Origin: Mycobacterium tuberculosis H37Rv
GTDB taxonomy: Bacteria > Actinomycetota > Actinomycetes > Mycobacteriales > Mycobacteriaceae
Assembly: GCF_000195955.2 (NCBI RefSeq)
Contig: NC_000962.3
Span: 1,560,001-1,592,000, forward strand
DNA: 32,000 bases
Direction: 5' to 3'
The position numbers and the translations under genes were made by a program. Positions 1-9,587 of the stretch are shown here, piece by piece (position 1 is the first letter of the stretch; the number at the start of each line of letters is the position of its first letter). A model generated the notes under the pieces. That model searched no databases. It was not told where the DNA came from and worked only from the letters and a program-made list of their open reading frames with translations.

Positions 1-1
1 G

Positions 2-448
2 CTGCCGGCCCAGGGCACAGTGTTCGTGTCGGTGGCCAACCGGGACAAGCGGTCGCTGGTGTTTCCGGTCAAACGATTGGCCGACCTGGGTTTTCGCGTC
101 CTTGCCACCGAAGGCACCGCAGAGATGTTGCGCCGCAACGGTATTCCCTGCGACGACGTCCGCAAACATTTCGAGCCGGCGCAGCCCGGCCGCCCCACAA
201 TGTCGGCGGTGGACGCGATCCGAGCCGGCGAGGTCAACATGGTGATCAACACTCCCTATGGCAACTCCGGTCCGCGCATCGACGGCTATGAGATCCGTTC
301 GGCGGCGGTGGCCGGCAACATCCCGTGCATCACCACGGTGCAGGGCGCATCCGCCGCCGTGCAGGGGATAGAGGCCGGGATCCGCGGCGACATCGGGGTG
401 CGCTCCCTGCAGGAGCTGCACCGGGTGATCGGGGGCGTCGAGCGGTGA
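2..448 (+). CDS. carB: Carbamoyl-phosphate synthase large subunit, C-terminal end (partial, begins upstream of window)
   Basis: Open frame from the window edge to the TGA at 446-448. The sequence [38 protein letters not shown]...[10 protein letters not shown] is the MGS-like allosteric domain typical of CarB. It is followed directly by pyrF. Confidence 0.95.
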
Positions 449-1269
449 CCGGGTTCGGTCTCCGGTTGGCCGAGGCAAAGGCACGCCGCGGCCCGTTGTG
501 TCTGGGCATCGATCCGCATCCCGAGCTGCTGCGGGGCTGGGATCTGGCGACCACGGCCGACGGGCTGGCCGCGTTCTGCGACATCTGCGTACGGGCCTTC
601 GCTGATTTCGCGGTGGTCAAACCGCAGGTGGCGTTTTTTGAGTCATACGGGGCTGCCGGATTCGCGGTGCTGGAGCGCACCATCGCGGAACTGCGGGCCG
701 CAGACGTGCTGGTGTTGGCCGACGCCAAGCGCGGCGACATTGGGGCGACCATGTCGGCGTATGCGACGGCCTGGGTGGGCGACTCGCCGCTGGCCGCCGA
801 CGCCGTGACGGCCTCGCCCTATTTGGGCTTCGGTTCGCTGCGGCCGCTGCTAGAGGTCGCGGCCGCCCACGGCCGAGGGGTGTTCGTGCTGGCGGCCACC
901 TCCAATCCCGAGGGTGCGGCGGTGCAGAATGCCGCCGCCGACGGCCGCAGCGTGGCCCAGTTGGTCGTGGACCAGGTGGGGGCGGCCAACGAGGCGGCAG
1001 GACCCGGGCCCGGATCCATCGGCGTGGTCGTCGGCGCAACGGCGCCACAGGCCCCCGATCTCAGCGCCTTCACCGGGCCGGTGCTGGTGCCCGGCGTGGG
1101 GGTGCAGGGCGGGCGCCCGGAGGCGCTGGGCGGTCTGGGCGGGGCCGCATCGAGCCAGCTGTTGCCCGCGGTGGCGCGCGAGGTCTTGCGGGCCGGCCCC
1201 GGCGTGCCCGAATTGCGCGCCGCGGGCGAACGGATGCGCGATGCCGTCGCCTATCTCGCTGCCGTGTAG
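445..1269 (+). CDS. pyrF: Orotidine 5'-phosphate decarboxylase (274 aa, GTG start overlapping the carB stop)
   Basis: The frame from GTG 445 encodes [29 protein letters not shown]...[18 protein letters not shown], containing the OMP decarboxylase DAKRGDIG motif. GTGA overlap with carB. The ORF track's longer start at 325 lies inside carB. Confidence 0.95.
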
Positions 1270-1381
1270 CGGGTGCCCTGCCACCGCGCCGCTAAATCCC
1301 ACCAGCATGGGGTGGTGAGCCCAGCGCTCGTGTGACCAAACTCACCGCCCTGGGCCGTCGTCACGCTGTGTTAACCTCTCG

Positions 1382-1402
1382 TTCAAATGATATTCATATT
1401 CA
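1382..1402. promoter_or_regulatory. Candidate Fur/Zur (FurB)-like operator upstream of PE15-PPE20
   Basis: The sequence TTCAAATGATATTCATATTCA contains ATGA-N3-TCAT in an AT-rich island and resembles the classical Fur-family box (GATAATGATAATCATTATC). It lies about 60 bp upstream of the PE15 start. Confidence 0.4.
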
Positions 1403-1463
1403 ATAGTGGCGCTAAGTGTCCGGTTGAATCCCCGTTGAACCCCCAACAGATGGAGTCTGTGTC

Positions 1464-1772
1464 GTGACGTTGCGAGTCGTTCCCGAAAGCCTGGCAGGCG
1501 CCAGCGCTGCCATCGAAGCAGTGACCGCTCGCCTGGCCGCCGCGCACGCCGCGGCGGCCCCGTTTATCGCGGCGGTCATCCCGCCTGGGTCCGACTCGGT
1601 TTCGGTGTGCAACGCCGTTGAGTTCAGCGTTCACGGTAGTCAGCATGTGGCAATGGCCGCTCAGGGGGTTGAGGAGCTCGGCCGCTCGGGGGTCGGGGTG
1701 GCCGAATCGGGTGCCAGTTATGCCGCTAGGGATGCGCTGGCGGCGGCGTCGTATCTCAGCGGTGGGCTATGA
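1464..1772 (+). CDS. PE15: PE family protein PE15 (102 aa)
   Basis: GTG start. [47 protein letters not shown] is a PE-domain N terminus. The stop overlaps the start of a PPE gene (ATGA), as in a typical PE/PPE pair. Confidence 0.92.
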
Positions 1773-3388
1773 CCGAGCCGTGGATAGCCTTCCCTCCCGA
1801 GGTGCACTCGGCGATGCTGAACTACGGTGCGGGCGTTGGGCCGATGTTGATCTCCGCCACGCAGAATGGGGAGCTCAGCGCCCAATACGCAGAAGCGGCA
1901 TCAGAGGTCGAGGAATTGTTGGGGGTGGTGGCCTCCGAGGGATGGCAGGGGCAAGCCGCCGAGGCGTTTGTCGCCGCGTACATGCCGTTTCTGGCGTGGC
2001 TGATCCAAGCCAGCGCCGACTGCGTGGAAATGGCCGCCCAGCAACACGTCGTCATCGAGGCCTACACTGCCGCGGTAGAGCTGATGCCTACTCAGGTCGA
2101 ACTGGCCGCCAACCAAATCAAGCTCGCGGTGTTGGTAGCGACCAATTTCTTTGGCATCAACACCATTCCCATTGCGATCAATGAGGCCGAGTACGTGGAG
2201 ATGTGGGTTCGGGCCGCCACCACGATGGCGACCTATTCAACAGTCTCCAGATCGGCGCTCTCCGCGATGCCGCACACCAGCCCCCCGCCGCTGATCCTGA
2301 AATCCGATGAACTGCTCCCCGACACCGGGGAGGACTCCGATGAAGACGGCCACAACCATGGCGGTCACAGTCATGGCGGTCACGCCAGGATGATCGATAA
2401 CTTCTTTGCCGAAATCCTGCGTGGCGTCAGCGCGGGCCGCATTGTTTGGGACCCCGTCAACGGCACCCTCAACGGACTCGACTACGACGATTACGTCTAC
2501 CCCGGTCACGCGATCTGGTGGCTGGCTCGAGGCCTCGAGTTTTTTCAGGATGGTGAACAATTTGGCGAACTGTTGTTCACCAATCCGACTGGGGCTTTTC
2601 AGTTCCTCCTCTACGTCGTTGTGGTGGATTTGCCGACGCACATAGCCCAGATCGCTACCTGGCTGGGCCAGTACCCGCAGTTGCTGTCGGCTGCCCTCAC
2701 TGGCGTCATCGCCCACCTGGGAGCAATAACTGGTTTGGCGGGCCTATCCGGCCTGAGCGCCATTCCGTCTGCTGCGATACCCGCCGTTGTACCGGAGCTG
2801 ACACCCGTCGCGGCCGCGCCGCCTATGTTGGCGGTCGCCGGGGTGGGCCCTGCAGTCGCCGCGCCGGGCATGCTCCCCGCCTCAGCACCCGCACCGGCGG
2901 CAGCGGCCGGCGCCACCGCAGCCGGCCCGACGCCGCCGGCGACTGGTTTCGGAGGCTTCCCGCCCTACCTGGTCGGCGGTGGCGGCCCAGGAATAGGGTT
3001 CGGCTCGGGACAGTCGGCCCACGCCAAGGCCGCGGCGTCCGATTCCGCTGCAGCCGAGTCGGCGGCCCAGGCCTCGGCGCGTGCGCAGGCGCGTGCTGCA
3101 CGGCGGGGCCGCTCGGCGGCGAAGGCACGTGGCCATCGTGACGAATTCGTCACGATGGACATGGGTTTCGACGCGGCAGCTCCGGCCCCAGAGCACCAGC
3201 CGGGTGCCCGGGCGTCCGACTGTGGTGCGGGACCTATCGGATTTGCTGGCACGGTGCGCAAAGAGGCGGTCGTGAAAGCGGCGGGGTTGACCACGCTGGC
3301 CGGTGACGACTTCGGCGGCGGCCCAACGATGCCGATGATGCCCGGCACCTGGACCCATGATCAGGGCGTGTTCGACGAGCATCGCTGA
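1769..3388 (+). CDS. PPE20: PPE family protein PPE20 (539 aa), PPE-PPW-like C terminus, internal His-rich segment
   Basis: The N terminus [30 protein letters not shown] is the PPE domain. C-terminal GFAGT and PMMPGTW match the PPW subfamily motifs GFxGT and PxxPxxW. The internal segment [18 protein letters not shown] is His-rich. Confidence 0.92.
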
Positions 3389-3948
3389 TAGCTGACTGGG
3401 CAGTGGCTGGCAAACAGCTGAGAGAGCACTCGAGAGCTATCGTCAGGGCAATGTCCGATGATGCTGAGCACCCGCGTTTGGGGCACTAGCAGCCACGATG
3501 ATCCTTGTTGGGTTGCACCGCGGAGATGTCGGCGAAAATTGGCAGGGTTGCGTTGACGCAACCATGGCGCGACACGCGCGATAGGTCGCCCAACCGCGAG
3601 TGATCCCCGGCACTGCGAGTTGCGACGCCACCTGCCGCCACCAGTCGTCGGCCGTCGTCGACCGGTTGAGCAGGTCCGGAAAGCCGAAATCCATTGTTAG
3701 GCAACACTATTCATGTCCCATGCCAGCCATGCCGGCACGGACACGGGGCTCCGTCGAGAGGCCTTCGAGGTCGCCCGGCGGACCGCTGGCCGGTGGCACG
3801 TGCTACTCCCACGCTGCACGTTTGTCCCCAAAACCAGGGGGTCGGGTTAGATTTCGTCAGGAAGCCTGAGTACGGTCGTCTGCGCTGGCCGGCGTACCCG
3901 GCCGGGACAAACAACGATCGATTGATATCGATGAGAGACGGAGGAATC

Positions 3949-4266
3949 GTGGCCCTTCCCCAGTTGACCGACGAGCAGCGCGCGGCCGCGTTGGAGAAGG
4001 CTGCTGCCGCACGTCGAGCGCGAGCAGAGCTCAAGGATCGGCTCAAGCGTGGCGGCACCAACCTCACCCAGGTCCTCAAGGACGCGGAGAGCGATGAAGT
4101 CTTGGGCAAAATGAAGGTGTCTGCGCTGCTTGAGGCCTTGCCAAAGGTGGGCAAGGTCAAGGCGCAGGAGATCATGACCGAGCTGGAAATTGCGCCCACC
4201 CGCCGCCTTCGTGGCCTCGGTGACCGTCAGCGCAAGGCCCTGCTGGAAAAGTTCGGCTCCGCCTAA
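3949..4266 (+). CDS. mihF: Mycobacterial integration host factor mIHF (105 aa from the GTG at 3949; the long ORF from 3694 gives 190 aa)
   Basis: VALPQLTDEQRAAALEKAAAARRARAELKDRLKRGGTNLTQVLKDAESDEVLGKMKVSALLEALPKVGKVKAQEIMTELEIAPTRRLRGLGDRQRKALLEKFGSA is the characteristic mIHF sequence. A GGAGG-type ribosome binding site (gacGGAGGaatcGTG) precedes the 3949 GTG. Confidence 0.93.
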   Translation: MALPQLTDEQRAAALEKAAAARRARAELKDRLKRGGTNLTQVLKDAESDEVLGKMKVSALLEALPKVGKVKAQEIMTELEIAPTRRLRGLGDRQRKALLEKFGSA

Positions 4267-4400
4267 CCCCGCCGGCCGACGATGCGGGCCGGAAGGCCTG
4301 TGGTGGGCGTACCCCCGCATACGGGGGAGAGGCGGCCTGACAGGGCCAGCTCACAATTCAGGCCGAACGCCCCGTGGGGGGAACCCGCCCAGGAGCGCCA

Positions 4401-5425
<1,025 letters not shown>

Positions 5426-5440
5426 CAGGGCAGGCCTGAG

Positions 5441-6697
5441 GTGGTGGACCATAAACGGATCCCCAAGCAGGTAATAGTCGGTGTCTCCGGGGGCATCGCC
5501 GCCTACAAGGCGTGCACGGTTGTTCGTCAACTCACCGAGGCCAGTCATCGCGTCCGAGTCATTCCCACCGAATCCGCCCTGCGCTTCGTCGGTGCCGCGA
5601 CCTTCGAGGCGCTCTCCGGTGAGCCGGTGTGCACCGACGTTTTCGCCGACGTTCCGGCGGTCCCGCATGTTCACCTCGGCCAGCAGGCCGATCTGGTCGT
5701 AGTGGCGCCGGCCACCGCCGACCTGCTGGCCCGCGCGGCGGCCGGTCGAGCCGACGATCTGCTGACCGCGACGCTGCTGACGGCGCGGTGTCCGGTGCTG
5801 TTCGCGCCGGCGATGCACACCGAGATGTGGTTGCATCCGGCCACCGTCGACAACGTGGCCACGCTGCGCCGCCGCGGCGCGGTGGTGCTCGAGCCCGCGA
5901 CAGGACGGCTTACCGGCGCCGACAGCGGGGCCGGCCGACTGCCCGAGGCGGAGGAGATCACCACCCTCGCCCAGCTGCTGCTGGAGCGGCACGACGCCCT
6001 GCCCTACGATCTCGCGGGGCGAAAGCTGCTGGTTACCGCCGGTGGCACACGCGAGCCGATCGATCCGGTGCGCTTTATCGGCAACCGCAGCTCCGGCAAG
6101 CAGGGCTATGCGGTGGCGCGGGTGGCCGCCCAGCGCGGCGCCGACGTTACTTTGATCGCTGGGCATACCGCAGGGCTCGTCGATCCCGCCGGCGTCGAGG
6201 TGGTGCACGTCAGCTCGGCCCAGCAACTCGCCGACGCGGTGTCCAAGCACGCTCCGACCGCCGACGTATTGGTGATGGCGGCGGCCGTCGCCGACTTCCG
6301 GCCCGCGCAGGTTGCCACCGCCAAAATCAAGAAAGGCGTCGAAGGCCCACCGACCATCGAGCTGCTGCGCAACGACGACGTGCTGGCCGGGGTGGTGCGG
6401 GCCCGAGCCCATGGACAACTGCCCAACATGCGGGCCATTGTGGGCTTCGCAGCCGAGACCGGCGACGCCAATGGCGACGTGCTCTTTCATGCCCGAGCTA
6501 AACTGCGACGCAAAGGCTGCGATCTGTTAGTCGTCAATGCCGTCGGCGAAGGCAGGGCCTTTGAGGTAGACAGCAACGACGGCTGGCTACTGGCGTCCGA
6601 TGGTACCGAGTCGGCATTGCAGCACGGCTCCAAGACACTGATGGCGAGCCGTATCGTTGATGCAATCGTCACGTTCCTGGCAGGCTGTAGCAGCTAA
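5441..6697 (+). CDS. coaBC: Bifunctional phosphopantothenoylcysteine decarboxylase/phosphopantothenate-cysteine ligase (418 aa)
   Basis: VIVGVSGGIAAYKACTVVRQL, the PANTHER motif segment APAMHTEMW, and VTAGGTREPIDPVRFIGNRSSGKQGYAVA mark the CoaC and CoaB (Dfp) domains. Confidence 0.95.
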   Translation: MVDHKRIPKQVIVGVSGGIAAYKACTVVRQLTEASHRVRVIPTESALRFVGAATFEALSGEPVCTDVFADVPAVPHVHLGQQADLVVVAPATADLLARAAAGRADDLLTATLLTARCPVLFAPAMHTEMWLHPATVDNVATLRRRGAVVLEPATGRLTGADSGAGRLPEAEEITTLAQLLLERHDALPYDLAGRKLLVTAGGTREPIDPVRFIGNRSSGKQGYAVARVAAQRGADVTLIAGHTAGLVDPAGVEVVHVSSAQQLADAVSKHAPTADVLVMAAAVADFRPAQVATAKIKKGVEGPPTIELLRNDDVLAGVVRARAHGQLPNMRAIVGFAAETGDANGDVLFHARAKLRRKGCDLLVVNAVGEGRAFEVDSNDGWLLASDGTESALQHGSKTLMASRIVDAIVTFLAGCSS

Positions 6698-6786
6698 CGG
6701 GTCCGGCGGCCGGTTCTGTACGGGTCCTGGACAGGTGCTGGACGATCCCTTGCTCGATTGGACGAGCTGAGATTGATGCCTGAGGA

Positions 6787-6792
6787 TATAAT
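6787..6792 (+). promoter_or_regulatory. Candidate -10 element for metK
   Basis: TATAAT (gaggaTATAATtcgg) lies 32 bp upstream of the metK GTG. No clean -35 element at standard spacing was seen. Confidence 0.5.
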
Positions 6793-6824
6793 TCGGCTAA
6801 CTATTTATCGGAAGGATGACGATA

Positions 6825-8036
6825 GTGAGCGAAAAGGGTCGGCTGTTTACCAGTGAGTCGGTGACAGAGGGACATCCCGACAAGATCTGTGACGCCATCA
6901 GCGACTCGGTTCTGGACGCGCTTCTAGCGGCGGACCCGCGCTCACGTGTCGCGGTCGAGACGCTGGTGACCACCGGGCAGGTGCACGTGGTGGGTGAGGT
7001 GACCACCTCGGCTAAGGAGGCGTTTGCCGACATCACCAACACGGTCCGCGCACGGATCCTCGAGATCGGCTACGACTCGTCGGACAAGGGTTTCGACGGG
7101 GCGACCTGCGGGGTGAACATCGGCATCGGCGCACAGTCACCCGACATCGCCCAGGGGGTCGACACCGCCCACGAGGCCCGGGTCGAGGGCGCGGCCGATC
7201 CGCTGGACTCCCAGGGCGCCGGTGACCAGGGCCTGATGTTCGGCTACGCGATCAATGCCACCCCGGAACTGATGCCACTGCCCATCGCGCTGGCCCACCG
7301 ACTGTCGCGGCGGCTGACCGAGGTCCGCAAGAACGGGGTGCTGCCCTACCTGCGTCCGGATGGCAAGACGCAGGTCACTATCGCCTACGAGGACAACGTT
7401 CCGGTGCGGCTGGATACCGTGGTCATCTCCACCCAGCACGCGGCCGATATCGACCTGGAGAAGACGCTTGATCCCGACATCCGGGAAAAGGTGCTCAACA
7501 CCGTGCTCGACGACCTGGCCCACGAAACCCTGGACGCGTCGACGGTGCGGGTGCTGGTGAACCCGACCGGCAAGTTCGTGCTCGGCGGGCCGATGGGCGA
7601 TGCCGGGCTCACCGGCCGCAAGATCATCGTCGACACCTACGGCGGCTGGGCCCGCCACGGCGGCGGCGCCTTCTCCGGCAAGGATCCGTCCAAGGTGGAC
7701 CGGTCGGCGGCGTACGCGATGCGCTGGGTGGCCAAGAATGTCGTCGCCGCCGGGTTGGCTGAACGGGTCGAGGTGCAGGTGGCCTACGCCATCGGTAAAG
7801 CGGCACCCGTCGGCCTGTTCGTCGAGACGTTCGGTACCGAGACGGAAGACCCGGTCAAGATCGAGAAGGCCATCGGCGAGGTATTCGACCTGCGCCCCGG
7901 TGCCATCATCCGCGACCTGAACCTGTTGCGCCCGATCTATGCGCCGACCGCCGCCTACGGGCACTTCGGCCGCACCGACGTCGAATTACCGTGGGAGCAG
8001 CTCGACAAGGTCGACGACCTCAAGCGCGCCATCTAG
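6825..8036 (+). CDS. metK: S-adenosylmethionine synthetase (403 aa)
   Basis: [30 protein letters not shown]...[12 protein letters not shown]...[19 protein letters not shown] are MAT signatures. The GTG at 6825 follows a GGAAGG ribosome binding site. Confidence 0.96.
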   Translation: MSEKGRLFTSESVTEGHPDKICDAISDSVLDALLAADPRSRVAVETLVTTGQVHVVGEVTTSAKEAFADITNTVRARILEIGYDSSDKGFDGATCGVNIGIGAQSPDIAQGVDTAHEARVEGAADPLDSQGAGDQGLMFGYAINATPELMPLPIALAHRLSRRLTEVRKNGVLPYLRPDGKTQVTIAYEDNVPVRLDTVVISTQHAADIDLEKTLDPDIREKVLNTVLDDLAHETLDASTVRVLVNPTGKFVLGGPMGDAGLTGRKIIVDTYGGWARHGGGAFSGKDPSKVDRSAAYAMRWVAKNVVAAGLAERVEVQVAYAIGKAAPVGLFVETFGTETEDPVKIEKAIGEVFDLRPGAIIRDLNLLRPIYAPTAAYGHFGRTDVELPWEQLDKVDDLKRAI

Positions 8037-8047
8037 CGTCGAGGGCG

Positions 8048-8105
8048 CGAGCAGACGCAGAATCGCACGCGGAAAGGCTTCCGCGTGCGATTCTGCGTCT
8101 GCTCG
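8048..8105. terminator. Perfect 27-bp inverted repeat with a 4-nt loop (AGGC) between convergent genes; candidate bidirectional intrinsic terminator
   Basis: CGAGCAGACGCAGAATCGCACGCGGAA (8048-8074), AGGC, TTCCGCGTGCGATTCTGCGTCTGCTCG (8079-8105). All 27 positions pair. It lies between the metK stop (8036) and the Rv1393c stop (8109). Confidence 0.85.
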
Positions 8106-8108
8106 GCG

Positions 8109-9587
8109 CTAGCTGCTGATGCGGTAGTCGCCGAGGTCGAACCGCCGGCTGCGCCAGTAGGCTTCGACCGTGGTGGTCGGGCGCAACGGGACGTCACCGT
8201 TCTTGTCGAAGTAATAGCTGTTGGCCAGCCGACAACTGTCCTGCCAGAAGACCTGGCGGTGCCGGCGGCGCATCACCTCCGCGAAATAGCGAGCGTTGGC
8301 TTCTTCGGTCACCTCGATGCGGGTGGCGCCGGTGCGGCGGGCTCGCTTCAGGCACCGGATGATGTGGTGTGCCTGCGTCTCGATGAGCGCGAAGTACGAC
8401 GACCCGACGTAGCCGTACGGTCCGAACACGGTGAAGAAGTTCGGGTAGCCGGGAACGCTGACGCCCTCATAGGCCTGCAGCCGATGCTCGTCCCAGAACC
8501 GGCTCAAGGACGCACCGCCAGTTCCGGTGACGGCATAGGTCGGGATGCTGTCGGTGTCTAGCACCTTGAAGCCGGTCGCCAGCACCAGCACATCGATCTC
8601 GTGGCTGGCGCCGTCGGTGGTGGCCACCGCAGTGGGTGTGATCTTGTCGATCGGCTCGGTGACCAGCCGCACGTTGTCCCGGTTGAACGTCGACAGATAG
8701 GTGTTGTGGAAGCCGGGCCGCTTGCACCCCACCGCGTATCGGGGGGTGAGTTGCTCGCGCACCACCGGATCGTGGACCTGTTGGCGCAGGTAGCGCCGTC
8801 CCGCTGACTCCATGTGCTTGGCCAACGGAAACACCGCGAAGTAGTGCGCCGCGATGGGGAACGTTGCTTCCACGAAGGCCTGGCTGAGCAGCCGGTGGAC
8901 GGCTTTGCCGCCGGGAATCCGCATCGCCCAGCGGACGGCTGTGGGCAGTGGAACGTCGAATTTGGGGAAACACCAAATAGGGGTGCGCTGAAAAACGGTG
9001 AGGTGGGAGACAATTGGCGCCATCTCGGGAATGACCTGCACCGCCGAGGCCCCGGTGCCGATGATCCCGACGCGCTTGCCGGTCAGGTCCTGGGTGTGAT
9101 CCCAGCGTGCGGTGTGCATGGTGACGCCTTCAAACGAGTCCACCCCGTCGATGTCGGGTAGTTTGGGCACCGTCAGAATGCCGCATGCGCTGATCAGGAA
9201 CCTGGCTGTGATTTCGCCGCCCGGGTCCGTTTGCACCCGCCACAGGCTGTGCTCGTCATCGAACTCGGCGGCAAGCACCTTGGTGTTCAACCGGATCCGC
9301 GACCGGATGCCGTATTTGTCGACGCAGTGTTCGGCGTAGGCCTTCAGCTCGTGTCCGGGTGCATAGGTGCGCGACCAGTGCCGGCTCTGCTCGAAAGAGA
9401 ACTGATAGGAGAAGGACGGAATATCCACGGCGATACCGGGATAGGTGTTCCAGTGCCAGGTCCCGCCGACACCGTCGCCGGCTTCGACCACGAGGTAGTC
9501 GCTGAATCCCGCCCGGTCGAGCTTGATTGCGGCGCCGATCCCGGAGAACCCGGCGCCGACGATCAGTGCGTGGTAGTCGGGCATCAT
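8109..9587 (-). CDS. FAD-dependent monooxygenase, Baeyer-Villiger type (492 aa, Rv1393c-like)
   Basis: N-terminal Rossmann motif IVGAGFSGIGAAIKLDRAG. BVMO fingerprint-like FEGVTMHTARWDH followed by the second nucleotide-binding site VGIIGTGASAVQVIPEMA and FQRTPIWCFPK. Confidence 0.9.
   Translation of the reverse strand: MMPDYHALIVGAGFSGIGAAIKLDRAGFSDYLVVEAGDGVGGTWHWNTYPGIAVDIPSFSYQFSFEQSRHWSRTYAPGHELKAYAEHCVDKYGIRSRIRLNTKVLAAEFDDEHSLWRVQTDPGGEITARFLISACGILTVPKLPDIDGVDSFEGVTMHTARWDHTQDLTGKRVGIIGTGASAVQVIPEMAPIVSHLTVFQRTPIWCFPKFDVPLPTAVRWAMRIPGGKAVHRLLSQAFVEATFPIAAHYFAVFPLAKHMESAGRRYLRQQVHDPVVREQLTPRYAVGCKRPGFHNTYLSTFNRDNVRLVTEPIDKITPTAVATTDGASHEIDVLVLATGFKVLDTDSIPTYAVTGTGGASLSRFWDEHRLQAYEGVSVPGYPNFFTVFGPYGYVGSSYFALIETQAHHIIRCLKRARRTGATRIEVTEEANARYFAEVMRRRHRQVFWQDSCRLANSYYFDKNGDVPLRPTTTVEAYWRSRRFDLGDYRISS

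Noticed and set aside
325-444. Extended pyrF start at 325
   Set aside because: The segment lies inside carB. The extension [25 protein letters not shown] is an out-of-frame reading, and GTG 445 gives the canonical OMP decarboxylase.
6698-6824. Possible SAM riboswitch upstream of metK
   Set aside because: The 127-nt leader, with a TATAAT only about 32 nt before the start, leaves too short a 5' UTR for a known SAM aptamer if that promoter is used, and no conserved aptamer core was recognised by eye. A covariance search (Infernal/Rfam) would be needed to exclude it fully.
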